From the NCBI GenBank assembly GCA_910584255.1, contig CAJTXV010000001.1, positions 17,130 through 81,129 of the forward strand: DNA of 64,000 nucleotides, read 5' to 3'. The notes beneath the pieces are model-generated. The model did no database searches and was not told where the DNA came from. It saw only the letters and a list, made by a program, of their open reading frames with translations. Source of the stretch: an uncultured Bacilli bacterium (GTDB lineage Bacteria > Bacillota_I > Bacilli_A > RF39 > UBA660). The stretch's first letter is position 1, and each line of letters begins with the position of its first letter. Shown one piece after another: positions 24,668 to 33,524 of the stretch. Position numbers and translations under genes: made by a program.

Positions 24668-27496
24668 TTAATCATCAAAGAAATCATCAAAGAACTGATC
24701 ATCTGTCACATCAATTTCTTTTGCTGGAATTTGTTCTTGATGAATAATTGCTTCAGTCGAATCTTTTGGATTCTCTTTTACAGGTTCCATTGACTGAGAA
24801 TTTACTTTTTCTTCTACATTTTCGATAGGAGAAGTAGTACTTTGTTCCCCAATTTTTTCTGGTTTGAAAGAAGAAGTAGATAATAAATCACTCATTGACA
24901 TCGCACGAGGTTTTGTGTCCATTTCCTTTTTTTGCTCTGGAAGAGACATAACTACATTTGATTCAGTTTCTTCTTTCTTCTTTGGTTTTGGTAATGGGAA
25001 ATCCATCTTCAAGTCAGAAGATGAGAAACTTGTCTTTGGTTTTTCATTTTCTATTTTCTCTTCCACTGATTCAGACTTCTTCTCCATCTTTGGTACTTTA
25101 AAATCCATTTTTAAATCAGAGGATGAGAATCCTGCTTTCGGTTTTGTTTCTTCTTCCTGTTTTGTTTCTAATTCAGGACTGTCCTTTGGTAATGGGGAGT
25201 CAGTTTTCAAATCCAATTGGGTCTGTACAACTGTGCCAGATTCCTCATTGCTTGGTGTCTCCGTTGTTTCCTCTATTGCTTTCTCTGGTTTTAGAAGCAT
25301 TTCTGTCTTTGTAGGTTCTACCGTTTTTTCCTTTATATCACTCGTAGAAGGGGTGATTTCTGGTTTATTTTCTTCTTTCTTTTCTTTTTCTTGTATAACT
25401 GCTTCTTGAACAGTATCTTTTTCCTTTGGCGCATCTTTTTGAGTCGTTGCTGCCTGTTCTTTCTTTTTCTTCTCTTCTGCTTCAATTTGAGCAATTTTAG
25501 CATCGATTTTCTTTACTAAATCATCTACATTAAAACCAGATTTCGCAAGTCTTGAACTACTGGAAATCCCGCTGTTACTTTGTGGCATATTAGGAAGTCC
25601 TGGAGGTGTCCCCATTCCAGATAATGGAGGCATTCCACCAAGTCCAATTGGCATATTCGATGGACGATTCATATCTGACATACCTGGTATATTTCCCATT
25701 CCAGGTATTCCTCCCATTGGAGGCAAATTCATTCCACCTGGAGTTCCTACAGCACCCTGTGGATTATTCATCATTTCCATTAATTTTTCTTTTTTCTTCT
25801 CTTTTACAAATTCGCGAATATCAAAGGTATTCACTTCTTGTTTTTCACGTGTTGGATATGTTGCTTTTGGATATTCTTTATCCCAGTGCATTTTAAAGTC
25901 TGGTGTAAATTTTGTTTTAAACGGTGCTTGACGAATACGCATGATAATTACTTCGAATTGTTTCATTCGCTGTAATTCACTAATTGTAACTAGTGGTGTA
26001 GAAGCTGTTTTATCGTCTTTCTTACTCTTGACTTCCCCACACATTTTAGAAATTTCTTCCAAGGCTTTTAATTCTGTTGTAATCAAATAAATAATGTTAC
26101 CACAGTTACCTTTAATTGTTTCCGCATTTTCTTTTCCATAGACTTGATCTAATTGCGCAAAGTTCTGAATAATCATCGTAAAACGAACTTGTCGAGAACG
26201 AGCAGCCGTAATCATTGTTGTAATATCTTTTAGTGGTGGCATGTTTGCAAATTCATCTAGTAAGAAGTTTGTACGAATTGGCAATTTCCCACCATGTTCT
26301 TGGGCAACACTAATTAGTGTCTCATAACACTGTTTTAATAGAATTGTTACTAAAGAGTGATAAGTTTTCTTTTCGTCTTGAATGACAATAAATAGTGCCG
26401 TCGGTTTTTCGCCGATGGTTTTTAAATCAAAATCACTATGAGATAACATTTCTGATAAGTTTTCACGAGATGCAAAGAGTTTAATTTTCTGTTTAAATAC
26501 AGAAATAATAGATCCTTTTGTCTCATTTGGAGCCATAATAGTTCCTGATGCATTTGTATAGGCAGCAGAAGAAGGGTCTTTGGTTTCAAAATAAGATTTA
26601 ATGTAAGTTCCTCCACCAAACTTTTCTTCTCCAACTGTAGTCATTAGACTAATCGTATTTAAGTTTACTTTATCTTCTGTTGTATCTTCAAACATTCCAA
26701 GAGCAAGTCCTGAAAAATAATCAGCGGACGTTTTTTCCCAGAAAGGGTCAGCATTCCCACTCTTTTCTTCATATAGAATATTGGCAGCAAGGTCATCTAG
26801 TAACTCGATTGCTTTATCCTGATTTCCTGATTTATAAATACGATATGGTAGAGAAAGAGGGTTCCATGCATTTCCTTGTTGTGGATCACGAAAGTTTAAT
26901 ATCAATACGTTATATCCCTTTTCACGTAGCATATTGGAAGTATTTTCATAAATCTCACCTTTCGGATCGGTGATAATCATGGACTCACGCTTTTTGGCTA
27001 GTACATTTACCGTTGGGAAAATTACCGTCTGGGTTTTACCAGAACCAGTCGCACCAATGACTAAACTATGATATTCTCCATTATCTACCCATACTTCATT
27101 ATCTTTTAGGATTAACGGAACTCCAGCAGCTTTCGTTAAATCTTCTCCTGGACGAATCATTGCCATTTTGTATCCTTGTTTCATTTCTTTTTCTTTACAC
27201 CAACGACTATATCCTTTATCTGACTTTTCTGTTGAGAACCCAATTCCTGATTCTCTTTCAAAAAAGTAAGAACTAACTGACATAAAAATTCCTGCTAAAA
27301 AGAGGAAAAATAAAACTAAAGTTGCAGCAATTCTACTAGGTGCAAAAGCAGGAAAAGGATTTAAACCATAAAAATGTCCCTCTAATGCGAGTGTTGGGAA
27401 GTTTAACACCCCAAGACATACGACGTATAGTAAAAAAAATGCAAAAATTACAAAAATTAATACATCAGTAGCATCCGCTTTAAATTTTAATTTCAT
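24668..27496 (-). CDS. Type IV secretion coupling protein (VirD4/TraG/TraD family) with long low-complexity C-terminal extension
   Basis: Two N-terminal TM helices, Walker A in the context HSLVIGATGSGKTQTVIFP...IITDPKGEIYE (TraG/VirD4 signature), Walker B LLDEFANM. C-terminal about 400 aa of M/G/P-rich repeats (GMNLPPMGGIPGMGNIPGM), a duplicated FSSSDLKMDF motif and an acidic DDQFFDDFFDD tail. Confidence 0.8.
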   Translation of the reverse strand: MKLKFKADATDVLIFVIFAFFLLYVVCLGVLNFPTLALEGHFYGLNPFPAFAPSRIAATLVLFFLFLAGIFMSVSSYFFERESGIGFSTEKSDKGYSRWCKEKEMKQGYKMAMIRPGEDLTKAAGVPLILKDNEVWVDNGEYHSLVIGATGSGKTQTVIFPTVNVLAKKRESMIITDPKGEIYENTSNMLREKGYNVLILNFRDPQQGNAWNPLSLPYRIYKSGNQDKAIELLDDLAANILYEEKSGNADPFWEKTSADYFSGLALGMFEDTTEDKVNLNTISLMTTVGEEKFGGGTYIKSYFETKDPSSAAYTNASGTIMAPNETKGSIISVFKQKIKLFASRENLSEMLSHSDFDLKTIGEKPTALFIVIQDEKKTYHSLVTILLKQCYETLISVAQEHGGKLPIRTNFLLDEFANMPPLKDITTMITAARSRQVRFTMIIQNFAQLDQVYGKENAETIKGNCGNIIYLITTELKALEEISKMCGEVKSKKDDKTASTPLVTISELQRMKQFEVIIMRIRQAPFKTKFTPDFKMHWDKEYPKATYPTREKQEVNTFDIREFVKEKKKEKLMEMMNNPQGAVGTPGGMNLPPMGGIPGMGNIPGMSDMNRPSNMPIGLGGMPPLSGMGTPPGLPNMPQSNSGISSSSRLAKSGFNVDDLVKKIDAKIAQIEAEEKKKKEQAATTQKDAPKEKDTVQEAVIQEKEKKEENKPEITPSTSDIKEKTVEPTKTEMLLKPEKAIEETTETPSNEESGTVVQTQLDLKTDSPLPKDSPELETKQEEETKPKAGFSSSDLKMDFKVPKMEKKSESVEEKIENEKPKTSFSSSDLKMDFPLPKPKKKEETESNVVMSLPEQKKEMDTKPRAMSMSDLLSTSSFKPEKIGEQSTTSPIENVEEKVNSQSMEPVKENPKDSTEAIIHQEQIPAKEIDVTDDQFFDDFFDD

Positions 27497-27511
27497 AACT
27501 AACCCTTCTTC

Positions 27512-28288
27512 CTACTGAATTGAATTTACTTTTCTTGATTTTATATAAACACTCATTACGATGATTCCAACAATACCTACTATAACTAAGATAGCACTAC
27601 CAAGTAAAATTAACAAGCGAAAATCAAATTTTTTGTGTGTTTTATTTAATAAATTTATTTGAATACTTTTATTATTATAGTTATTTTTATTGATTTTCCA
27701 TATGTATTCTCCATCCACTACTTCATCTGCATTATGATTTTCTACTTCATGGTTCGTTTTTAATCTAATTTTAATTTCTTCTAAAATATCATAGGTATCA
27801 AAGCAAAGATTTTTATTAGAAGTTGAAAGAATTACACCATCTTTATTTTCATTTTCTACGATGGAGAAATTTTTATAACAAGTTTGAATTCCAGGCATTT
27901 TTTTTAATGAATTTCGACTTTCATAAGAAATGGTCTTTTTAGTAGAAATTCCAAGTTTCCCAATATCACTTACTTTTTCTAATCCTTCAATTTTTGCATC
28001 TGGATCTATGGTTTTTAAATCTACTAATTCTCTAAATGTTAAACTCGAAGTATCAGGTTCTCCATCTAAAATTCCACAAGTACCATCGCTACATAGATTG
28101 GGATCCATATTAAAATCTATCTCTTCATGCGTGTTTTCTACGACTGGCTGATTCCATTTCAGTTCATCAGTTTCTAGTAATTCTCCGTTTACTTTAATTT
28201 GATCATCTTGAATTTCAATGTTATATTCTACATTACAACCAGTCAGTAGAAAGATGATTGCCATTAAGAATAGTATCTTTTTTTTCAT
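27512..28288 (-). CDS. Lipoprotein with C-terminal TM anchor (T4SS-associated; possible VirB8/TcpC-like role)
   Basis: Signal peptide with lipobox LLTGC and a C-terminal hydrophobic helix LLILLGSAILVIVGIVGIIVM. Located between the T4SS hydrolase and coupling-protein genes. Confidence 0.45.
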   Translation of the reverse strand: MKKKILFLMAIIFLLTGCNVEYNIEIQDDQIKVNGELLETDELKWNQPVVENTHEEIDFNMDPNLCSDGTCGILDGEPDTSSLTFRELVDLKTIDPDAKIEGLEKVSDIGKLGISTKKTISYESRNSLKKMPGIQTCYKNFSIVENENKDGVILSTSNKNLCFDTYDILEEIKIRLKTNHEVENHNADEVVDGEYIWKINKNNYNNKSIQINLLNKTHKKFDFRLLILLGSAILVIVGIVGIIVMSVYIKSRKVNSIQ

Positions 28289-28296
28289 ATATCCTC

Positions 28297-30858
28297 CTAG
28301 TATCCTGTAAATGAGAAGTGCATGTAGTCTTTTGAACTACTCCAGTTACCTCCCCAACCCCATCCATAGTTACTAAATGCTTTTACAACGGGTCCATTTG
28401 GTTCTATAGAGTATGGACTTTCTCCAGGTTTCCAGAAGGAACCGGCAATGACATGTCCATTTCGAATCATATAATTTTCATTGGCATTGATATCACAGGC
28501 AACTCCATAACTATGGTGAGAGGTTGTCTGTCTATTTCCTGCCATACCACGCCAGGAATAACAATAAGCATCTTTTACTGGGAACCCTGCATTTGCGATG
28601 GCTGTAAAAATATTTACAACATCACTTGCAATAGCCTGATGGACAGTAAGTCTTCCTGTTCTAGCATTTCCGTTAATATCTACGAGCGGTACACTAACTG
28701 TCGTTAAATACTTTTGCATTTCAGCAGAAGACGTTGGAAGTCCATCTGGGAATAAAAAGGCAAGTTTTTCATTCACATTTCCATTCTTTACTTCTTCTCC
28801 ACTACCACCACTAGAAATGCTTATGTTTCCTGTATAGAAGTAATTTAAAATTTCATGATAGTTAGAACCGTCTGCTGCCATATCTGCTGCTGCAATTTGA
28901 CTCATTCCTCTACCATGTCCACCAGCGGCACGACCTAAGTAACGATTAGAAATTGTGACAGTATGAGTTTCACCCGAAGGCAATTTTTTATATGGGCAAC
29001 TTGTTTTTCCTGGACAATTCCAAGAATCATATTGAGCTAAAATAACTTTTCCATCTACGGTAATTACTTCTCCTCTGGTTGAGTTTGCTGCTTCCCAAGA
29101 CTCAGTTGAATAACTTGGATTAAAGTTTTGGGCATTCGAACTATTATCAATTGCCTGTTCACATTGGTTAGTACTTGCAATTACATAACTTCTAGCCGCA
29201 ACTGCTAGAGCTTTTTTAGATTCCATTCCGAAATCTGCATACATTTCTGCTTCTACAACACCTGCAATATATTCTTCTAAATCATAGGTTCCTGCATCTT
29301 TTCCTACTACGGTTACTCCATCTGGGCAAAAATTACTTGTCGTTTGATAGGAATAAAGTTCTGAACAATCTCTACTTGGACCCATAATAGTATAAAGGTC
29401 ATAGATATTATCAATTAATTGATTTGCGGCTTCAAACCGCTCGCTTCCCTCTTCTGCATATCCTACTTGCTTGGTTAAATATTCACTATAGTAATCTTCC
29501 ACAAAAGAATCTAATAAATTCCAGTAGTAAACTCCATCTTCCATATTTTCCCAATCACCAATACTTAATTCCGCAAAGTCTGTATTACTGCTTGGAGTCG
29601 ATGGATCACAGACCCTTTTTTCTTTTTTTTCATCCCCATCTTCATCTTTGAATGTAGCTGCTGGTATATAATAGTAATAAGCATAATTTTTTTCTTTATT
29701 TGCGGCTTTTGTAAAGAAATTAAACAAAGTAGACTCTTTATCATTTCTTGCAACGAGTCTTAAATCTTCACTGTTTCTAAGGGGAATATCTGTAAACCAT
29801 TGATCCCAAAGACTGATATCCATACACTCTTTGGCAACATTTTCATCCGTTACAATGATTTCCCTTGCTTCTTCTCCATCTGCACAAATATCTTTATAAC
29901 TAGACTCGTAACAATGCGGTTTTCCTTCTTTATATAATCCATATTTTTTTCTTTTAATCTGCATATTAACTAATATGTCTACATATTTTTCCATTTTTCG
30001 GTAGTCTGCAGCTGTTAATACATCTTGTGATTCTTCACTACAAGACTCTAAATCTTCACAAGGTTCTTCCCCTTCATCTAAACCACTATTAAAGGCTTTA
30101 TCCACAATTAAAGTAGCATGTATTAAATTTACATCGACACAAACATGATATTTTTGATAAGCATTGTCCTGTGCATGTTTTAATGTTTCATAGTACTCTT
30201 TTTCTGCTTTTTCAGTTTCCTTATTTCCAATCTCGTTTCCTTCATAGTCCCCGTTAAAGAATCTTAAAATGCTCATTGCAGGAATTAGAATAATACTAAC
30301 TGCTGCCAGTATAATGAATATAAAACATCCACAACTTAGAATAGGCATAGGAAGAGAAGCAAATAACATTTTGGGAAGTCCACTGTTTTTATCTTTATCT
30401 CCAGTTGCGTCTCCACTTGCTGGTGAACTATTCTTGTTTTTAGAAAATTGATTATTAGATTCCTTTGCTGCTTGTTGTTGTGCTAGATTCCCCGTTTTGT
30501 TTGTAGCATCCTCTAATCCTTCTTTTTTTAATCCTTCTTTAGCAAGAGTTTCTTTGGGAAGAGAACCTGCTTGATTGGATACATCTCCAGATGCCATATC
30601 GATTCCTTTATCGGCCATATCTAGAGCTTTACTTTTATCTAGTGCTTTTGTTAAGTTTTTTGCACCAGGCGCTTTATTTACCATTTTTCCTGCTGCATTT
30701 TCAATTGCTTGTCCTGCTTTTGTTTTACTAGCGATATCATAGGCTTTCGTTCCAAGAGGTCCTCCAAAATAGGTAGCTGCGGCTTTCCCCGCTACATGGG
30801 CAGTTTTTTGACCCGCTTGTTCTTCTTCCTGTTTTTCTTTTAGTTCTTCTTCGTCCAT
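28297..30858 (-). CDS. T4SS-associated cell-wall hydrolase: membrane-anchored, SpoIID/LytB-like domain plus LAS/M15 (VanY-like) peptidase domain
   Basis: One TM helix (LFASLPMPILSCGCFIFIILAAV). SpoIID-type signatures EEYIAGVVEAEMYADF...ALAVAARSY and GHGRGMSQIAAADMAADGSNYHEILNYFYTG. C-terminal M15 motifs SHHSYGVACDIN and DYMHFSF. Confidence 0.75.
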   Translation of the reverse strand: MDEEELKEKQEEEQAGQKTAHVAGKAAATYFGGPLGTKAYDIASKTKAGQAIENAAGKMVNKAPGAKNLTKALDKSKALDMADKGIDMASGDVSNQAGSLPKETLAKEGLKKEGLEDATNKTGNLAQQQAAKESNNQFSKNKNSSPASGDATGDKDKNSGLPKMLFASLPMPILSCGCFIFIILAAVSIILIPAMSILRFFNGDYEGNEIGNKETEKAEKEYYETLKHAQDNAYQKYHVCVDVNLIHATLIVDKAFNSGLDEGEEPCEDLESCSEESQDVLTAADYRKMEKYVDILVNMQIKRKKYGLYKEGKPHCYESSYKDICADGEEAREIIVTDENVAKECMDISLWDQWFTDIPLRNSEDLRLVARNDKESTLFNFFTKAANKEKNYAYYYYIPAATFKDEDGDEKKEKRVCDPSTPSSNTDFAELSIGDWENMEDGVYYWNLLDSFVEDYYSEYLTKQVGYAEEGSERFEAANQLIDNIYDLYTIMGPSRDCSELYSYQTTSNFCPDGVTVVGKDAGTYDLEEYIAGVVEAEMYADFGMESKKALAVAARSYVIASTNQCEQAIDNSSNAQNFNPSYSTESWEAANSTRGEVITVDGKVILAQYDSWNCPGKTSCPYKKLPSGETHTVTISNRYLGRAAGGHGRGMSQIAAADMAADGSNYHEILNYFYTGNISISSGGSGEEVKNGNVNEKLAFLFPDGLPTSSAEMQKYLTTVSVPLVDINGNARTGRLTVHQAIASDVVNIFTAIANAGFPVKDAYCYSWRGMAGNRQTTSHHSYGVACDINANENYMIRNGHVIAGSFWKPGESPYSIEPNGPVVKAFSNYGWGWGGNWSSSKDYMHFSFTGY

Positions 30859-30893
30859 AATATCACCTGCCTTTACTACGGTTTATTTACTTC

Positions 30894-32681
30894 TTATAGA
30901 CCTCCACCACTACCGAAAGATTCTAATTCTTCTGGTGTTAGGGTTACATTAATCTGCATACGTCTATTTCCACAGACAAATAATGCTTCTCCTTGAGAGT
31001 AACGTTTGATACTTTCCTTTTCATTATCATTTAAATCTATTAAACGTCCTAAATCTTCTACAGCTTGCTTTTTCAGTCCCATTACAAGGTAATATGAAGC
31101 ATTATCAAAGATTGCTTTTCCTTGCGTGATTACCTGAGGAGCAGCAAAATCGCTTGGTTGTTGTGTAATAATAATTGAACCAGTATTATATTTACGTGCA
31201 CGTCTTTGTACTTGTGCTAAGAAATCTGCTCCCAAAGAGTTTTGATCTGATAATAGTACATGGGCTTCATCTACCATTAAAATCGTATTAATATCTTTAT
31301 TTAAACAAAGACCCCATGCGTATTTTAAAACGTTAAAGAATAAAGCATTACGAATATTATCTGCAGAATTCATTAGTTCTTTGATATTAAATACAATGAA
31401 ATCCGTATCAGATGAAACTGTGGTATGCCCATCGAAATAGTATTTTAATTCTTGTGTTAGTGGACGAATTTTCAATTCTAGTTTTTCCATAATCATTCTT
31501 TCTTGTGTTCTATCTGTCATAGAAAGAAGTCTTCCTTTAATAGTTGCATACACATCTGAAAATGTTGGATAATCATTTGGTTGATAGTTATAGAAATTAC
31601 TATTAAAATCAATTCCGAAACGACGATACGTATCTTGAACCACTTCACTAAACATCGTTAAAACATCTTCTTCGATGGATGGATCATAGTATTTCATGAA
31701 ACCTTTTAGGAATTGTAGTGTACGAGTTAATACAGTATAACCAAGGCCTTCTTTGATTTCATCTTCATCCGCATCAATTACTACTTGGAGTGGATTTACC
31801 ATACCGTATTCTCCACCTTTACCAAGATCGATACTTTCTCCACCATATGCCCTAGTCATCTCAGAAAGTTCATCTTCAGGGTCAATTGCAACGATTTGAT
31901 ATCCATTACGAATATGAGAACGAAGCATTAATTTGGCTGCAGTTGATTTACCAGAACCTGAAGTACCTAAGATAATTAGGTTAGCATTATTTCTGTTATT
32001 TTCTTTTCTCATCTGATAAGCAAATTGATTAAATAGAATGACTCCACCTGAGAAATCTACTCCAAGTAAAGTAGATAACCCTGGATCTTTAATGCTATCA
32101 AAAATAAATGGATACATAGCTGCCAAAGTTGGTGTTGGAATTGGTGTTCCAATTCTTTGTTCTACATCTTGAGATGGGAAAATTGGAATAATTGATTTTA
32201 ATATTTTTTCTTGTTCAAATCGTAAAGATAAACCTCTCATTTCCATTGCATCTAAGTAATTCTTAATATTTACTTTCTTCATTTCTAGTTCTTCTTTCGA
32301 ATCTGCTAGAATCATGATGTGCATTTGAAAGTCAAAAATTTTAGATTGAGAGGATGCAAGCATGGTAACAAAGGATTCTAACGATTCAAAATCAAGTCGA
32401 ATTCTTTCTTTAATGGTTTGATCTTTTTCTTCTTGGTATCTTGTCTTTAAATCTGCAATTTGTTTATTTAACATCTTAGACATCATAGAAAATGGTACTG
32501 GAATATGTTTCGCAACAATTTTAACTCCAGACATGCTAGTTAATGATGCTAAAAATCCTGGATAAATTGTTTTTGGATAAGAAACAACGGTTACGATTGT
32601 TGCATACTTATCACTTACTGTAAAATCACTTAGCCCAAAGTGTAATCCCTTTGGTGCTACTTCTGAACGAAATCCCATCAT
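30894..32681 (-). CDS. VirB4-family T4SS ATPase (ATPase/DUF87 portion)
   Basis: Walker A LGTSGSGKSTAAKLM, Walker B ILMVDEAHVL and the VirB4-like C-terminal region. The start overlaps the stop of the upstream ORF by ATGA. Confidence 0.75.
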   Translation of the reverse strand: MMGFRSEVAPKGLHFGLSDFTVSDKYATIVTVVSYPKTIYPGFLASLTSMSGVKIVAKHIPVPFSMMSKMLNKQIADLKTRYQEEKDQTIKERIRLDFESLESFVTMLASSQSKIFDFQMHIMILADSKEELEMKKVNIKNYLDAMEMRGLSLRFEQEKILKSIIPIFPSQDVEQRIGTPIPTPTLAAMYPFIFDSIKDPGLSTLLGVDFSGGVILFNQFAYQMRKENNRNNANLIILGTSGSGKSTAAKLMLRSHIRNGYQIVAIDPEDELSEMTRAYGGESIDLGKGGEYGMVNPLQVVIDADEDEIKEGLGYTVLTRTLQFLKGFMKYYDPSIEEDVLTMFSEVVQDTYRRFGIDFNSNFYNYQPNDYPTFSDVYATIKGRLLSMTDRTQERMIMEKLELKIRPLTQELKYYFDGHTTVSSDTDFIVFNIKELMNSADNIRNALFFNVLKYAWGLCLNKDINTILMVDEAHVLLSDQNSLGADFLAQVQRRARKYNTGSIIITQQPSDFAAPQVITQGKAIFDNASYYLVMGLKKQAVEDLGRLIDLNDNEKESIKRYSQGEALFVCGNRRMQINVTLTPEELESFGSGGGL

Positions 32682-33217
32682 ACTGACACCACCCCAAAAT
32701 TAAAACTTCTTCCACCATTTAAGAAACTATCTAAAATAATTCTTAAATCTTCATTACTGGTTTGTCTTGCAATTAATCCTGCTTGTGCCAAGCCACTGAT
32801 TAACATACGAATCTTCTTTTGAAGCATTTCCAGATTCTTTTCTTTAAATAGAATATAATACTCTGTATCTACTACATTATTGTTCATAAAGCTATTTCCT
32901 TTTTGAATATCTTGACTGATAATTTTACGAATCGCAGGATTTGTCTGATTTTGATATTGAAGTTGGAGTGTTGATAGATACATAGAGATATCTACTGGTC
33001 GGTCTGCAACTACGAGCCAGAACTCAAAATCAATTAAGTTGTAGAAATTTTTTAAAGCAATCATAATATTACTTTGGGAAATTTCATCCAAGATAAAGAT
33101 ATTTCTTGGAGTAATTTTAACTCCACTTACTTTTGTCTGATCTGGAAGAATAATCATTCCATTTGAAATGGATTGAATATTAATCCAATTTTCTGTCCAT
33201 TGTCCATTGTTGTTCAT
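32678..33217 (-). CDS. Probable N-terminal domain of VirB4 encoded as a separate, translationally coupled ORF
   Basis: 179-aa ORF directly between the VirB3-like gene and the VirB4 ATPase. Its TGA stop overlaps the ATG of the ATPase ORF (gtcagtATGAtggga). Together they total about 770 aa, the usual VirB4 size. Confidence 0.4.
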   Translation of the reverse strand: MNNNGQWTENWINIQSISNGMIILPDQTKVSGVKITPRNIFILDEISQSNIMIALKNFYNLIDFEFWLVVADRPVDISMYLSTLQLQYQNQTNPAIRKIISQDIQKGNSFMNNNVVDTEYYILFKEKNLEMLQKKIRMLISGLAQAGLIARQTSNEDLRIILDSFLNGGRSFNFGVVSV

Positions 33218-33506
33218 CGCGTATACACCAACCTTTCCATAGATATCTTCTTCTACTTGTAAAATATTTATAAATCTCGATTAATAACTGTAATACGTTG
33301 TGGTAATAAGCAACGGGAGCTACCAGTAATGCTGATAGAATGGCAGGGGAAACAGCAACTACGGCAGCCCAAGTTTCTTGCATAGGCATTAATGCTACTA
33401 AAATAATGGTAATTACCACCCCGACTCCGAAGATACCTAAATCAACGGGTCGAAATAATCCAAAGATATATTGACCTCTTTTTGCATTGGCAGGGATTAA
33501 ATACAT
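33180..33506 (-). CDS. VirB3-like small membrane protein of T4SS
   Basis: 108 aa with two hydrophobic helices (IFGVGVVITIILVALMP; AAVVAVSPAILSALLVAPVAYY). Lies immediately upstream of VirB4, the conserved B3-B4 order. Confidence 0.4.
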   Translation of the reverse strand: MYLIPANAKRGQYIFGLFRPVDLGIFGVGVVITIILVALMPMQETWAAVVAVSPAILSALLVAPVAYYHNVLQLLIEIYKYFTSRRRYLWKGWCIRDEQQWTMDRKLD

Positions 33507-33524
33507 AATAGTTCACACTCCTTT

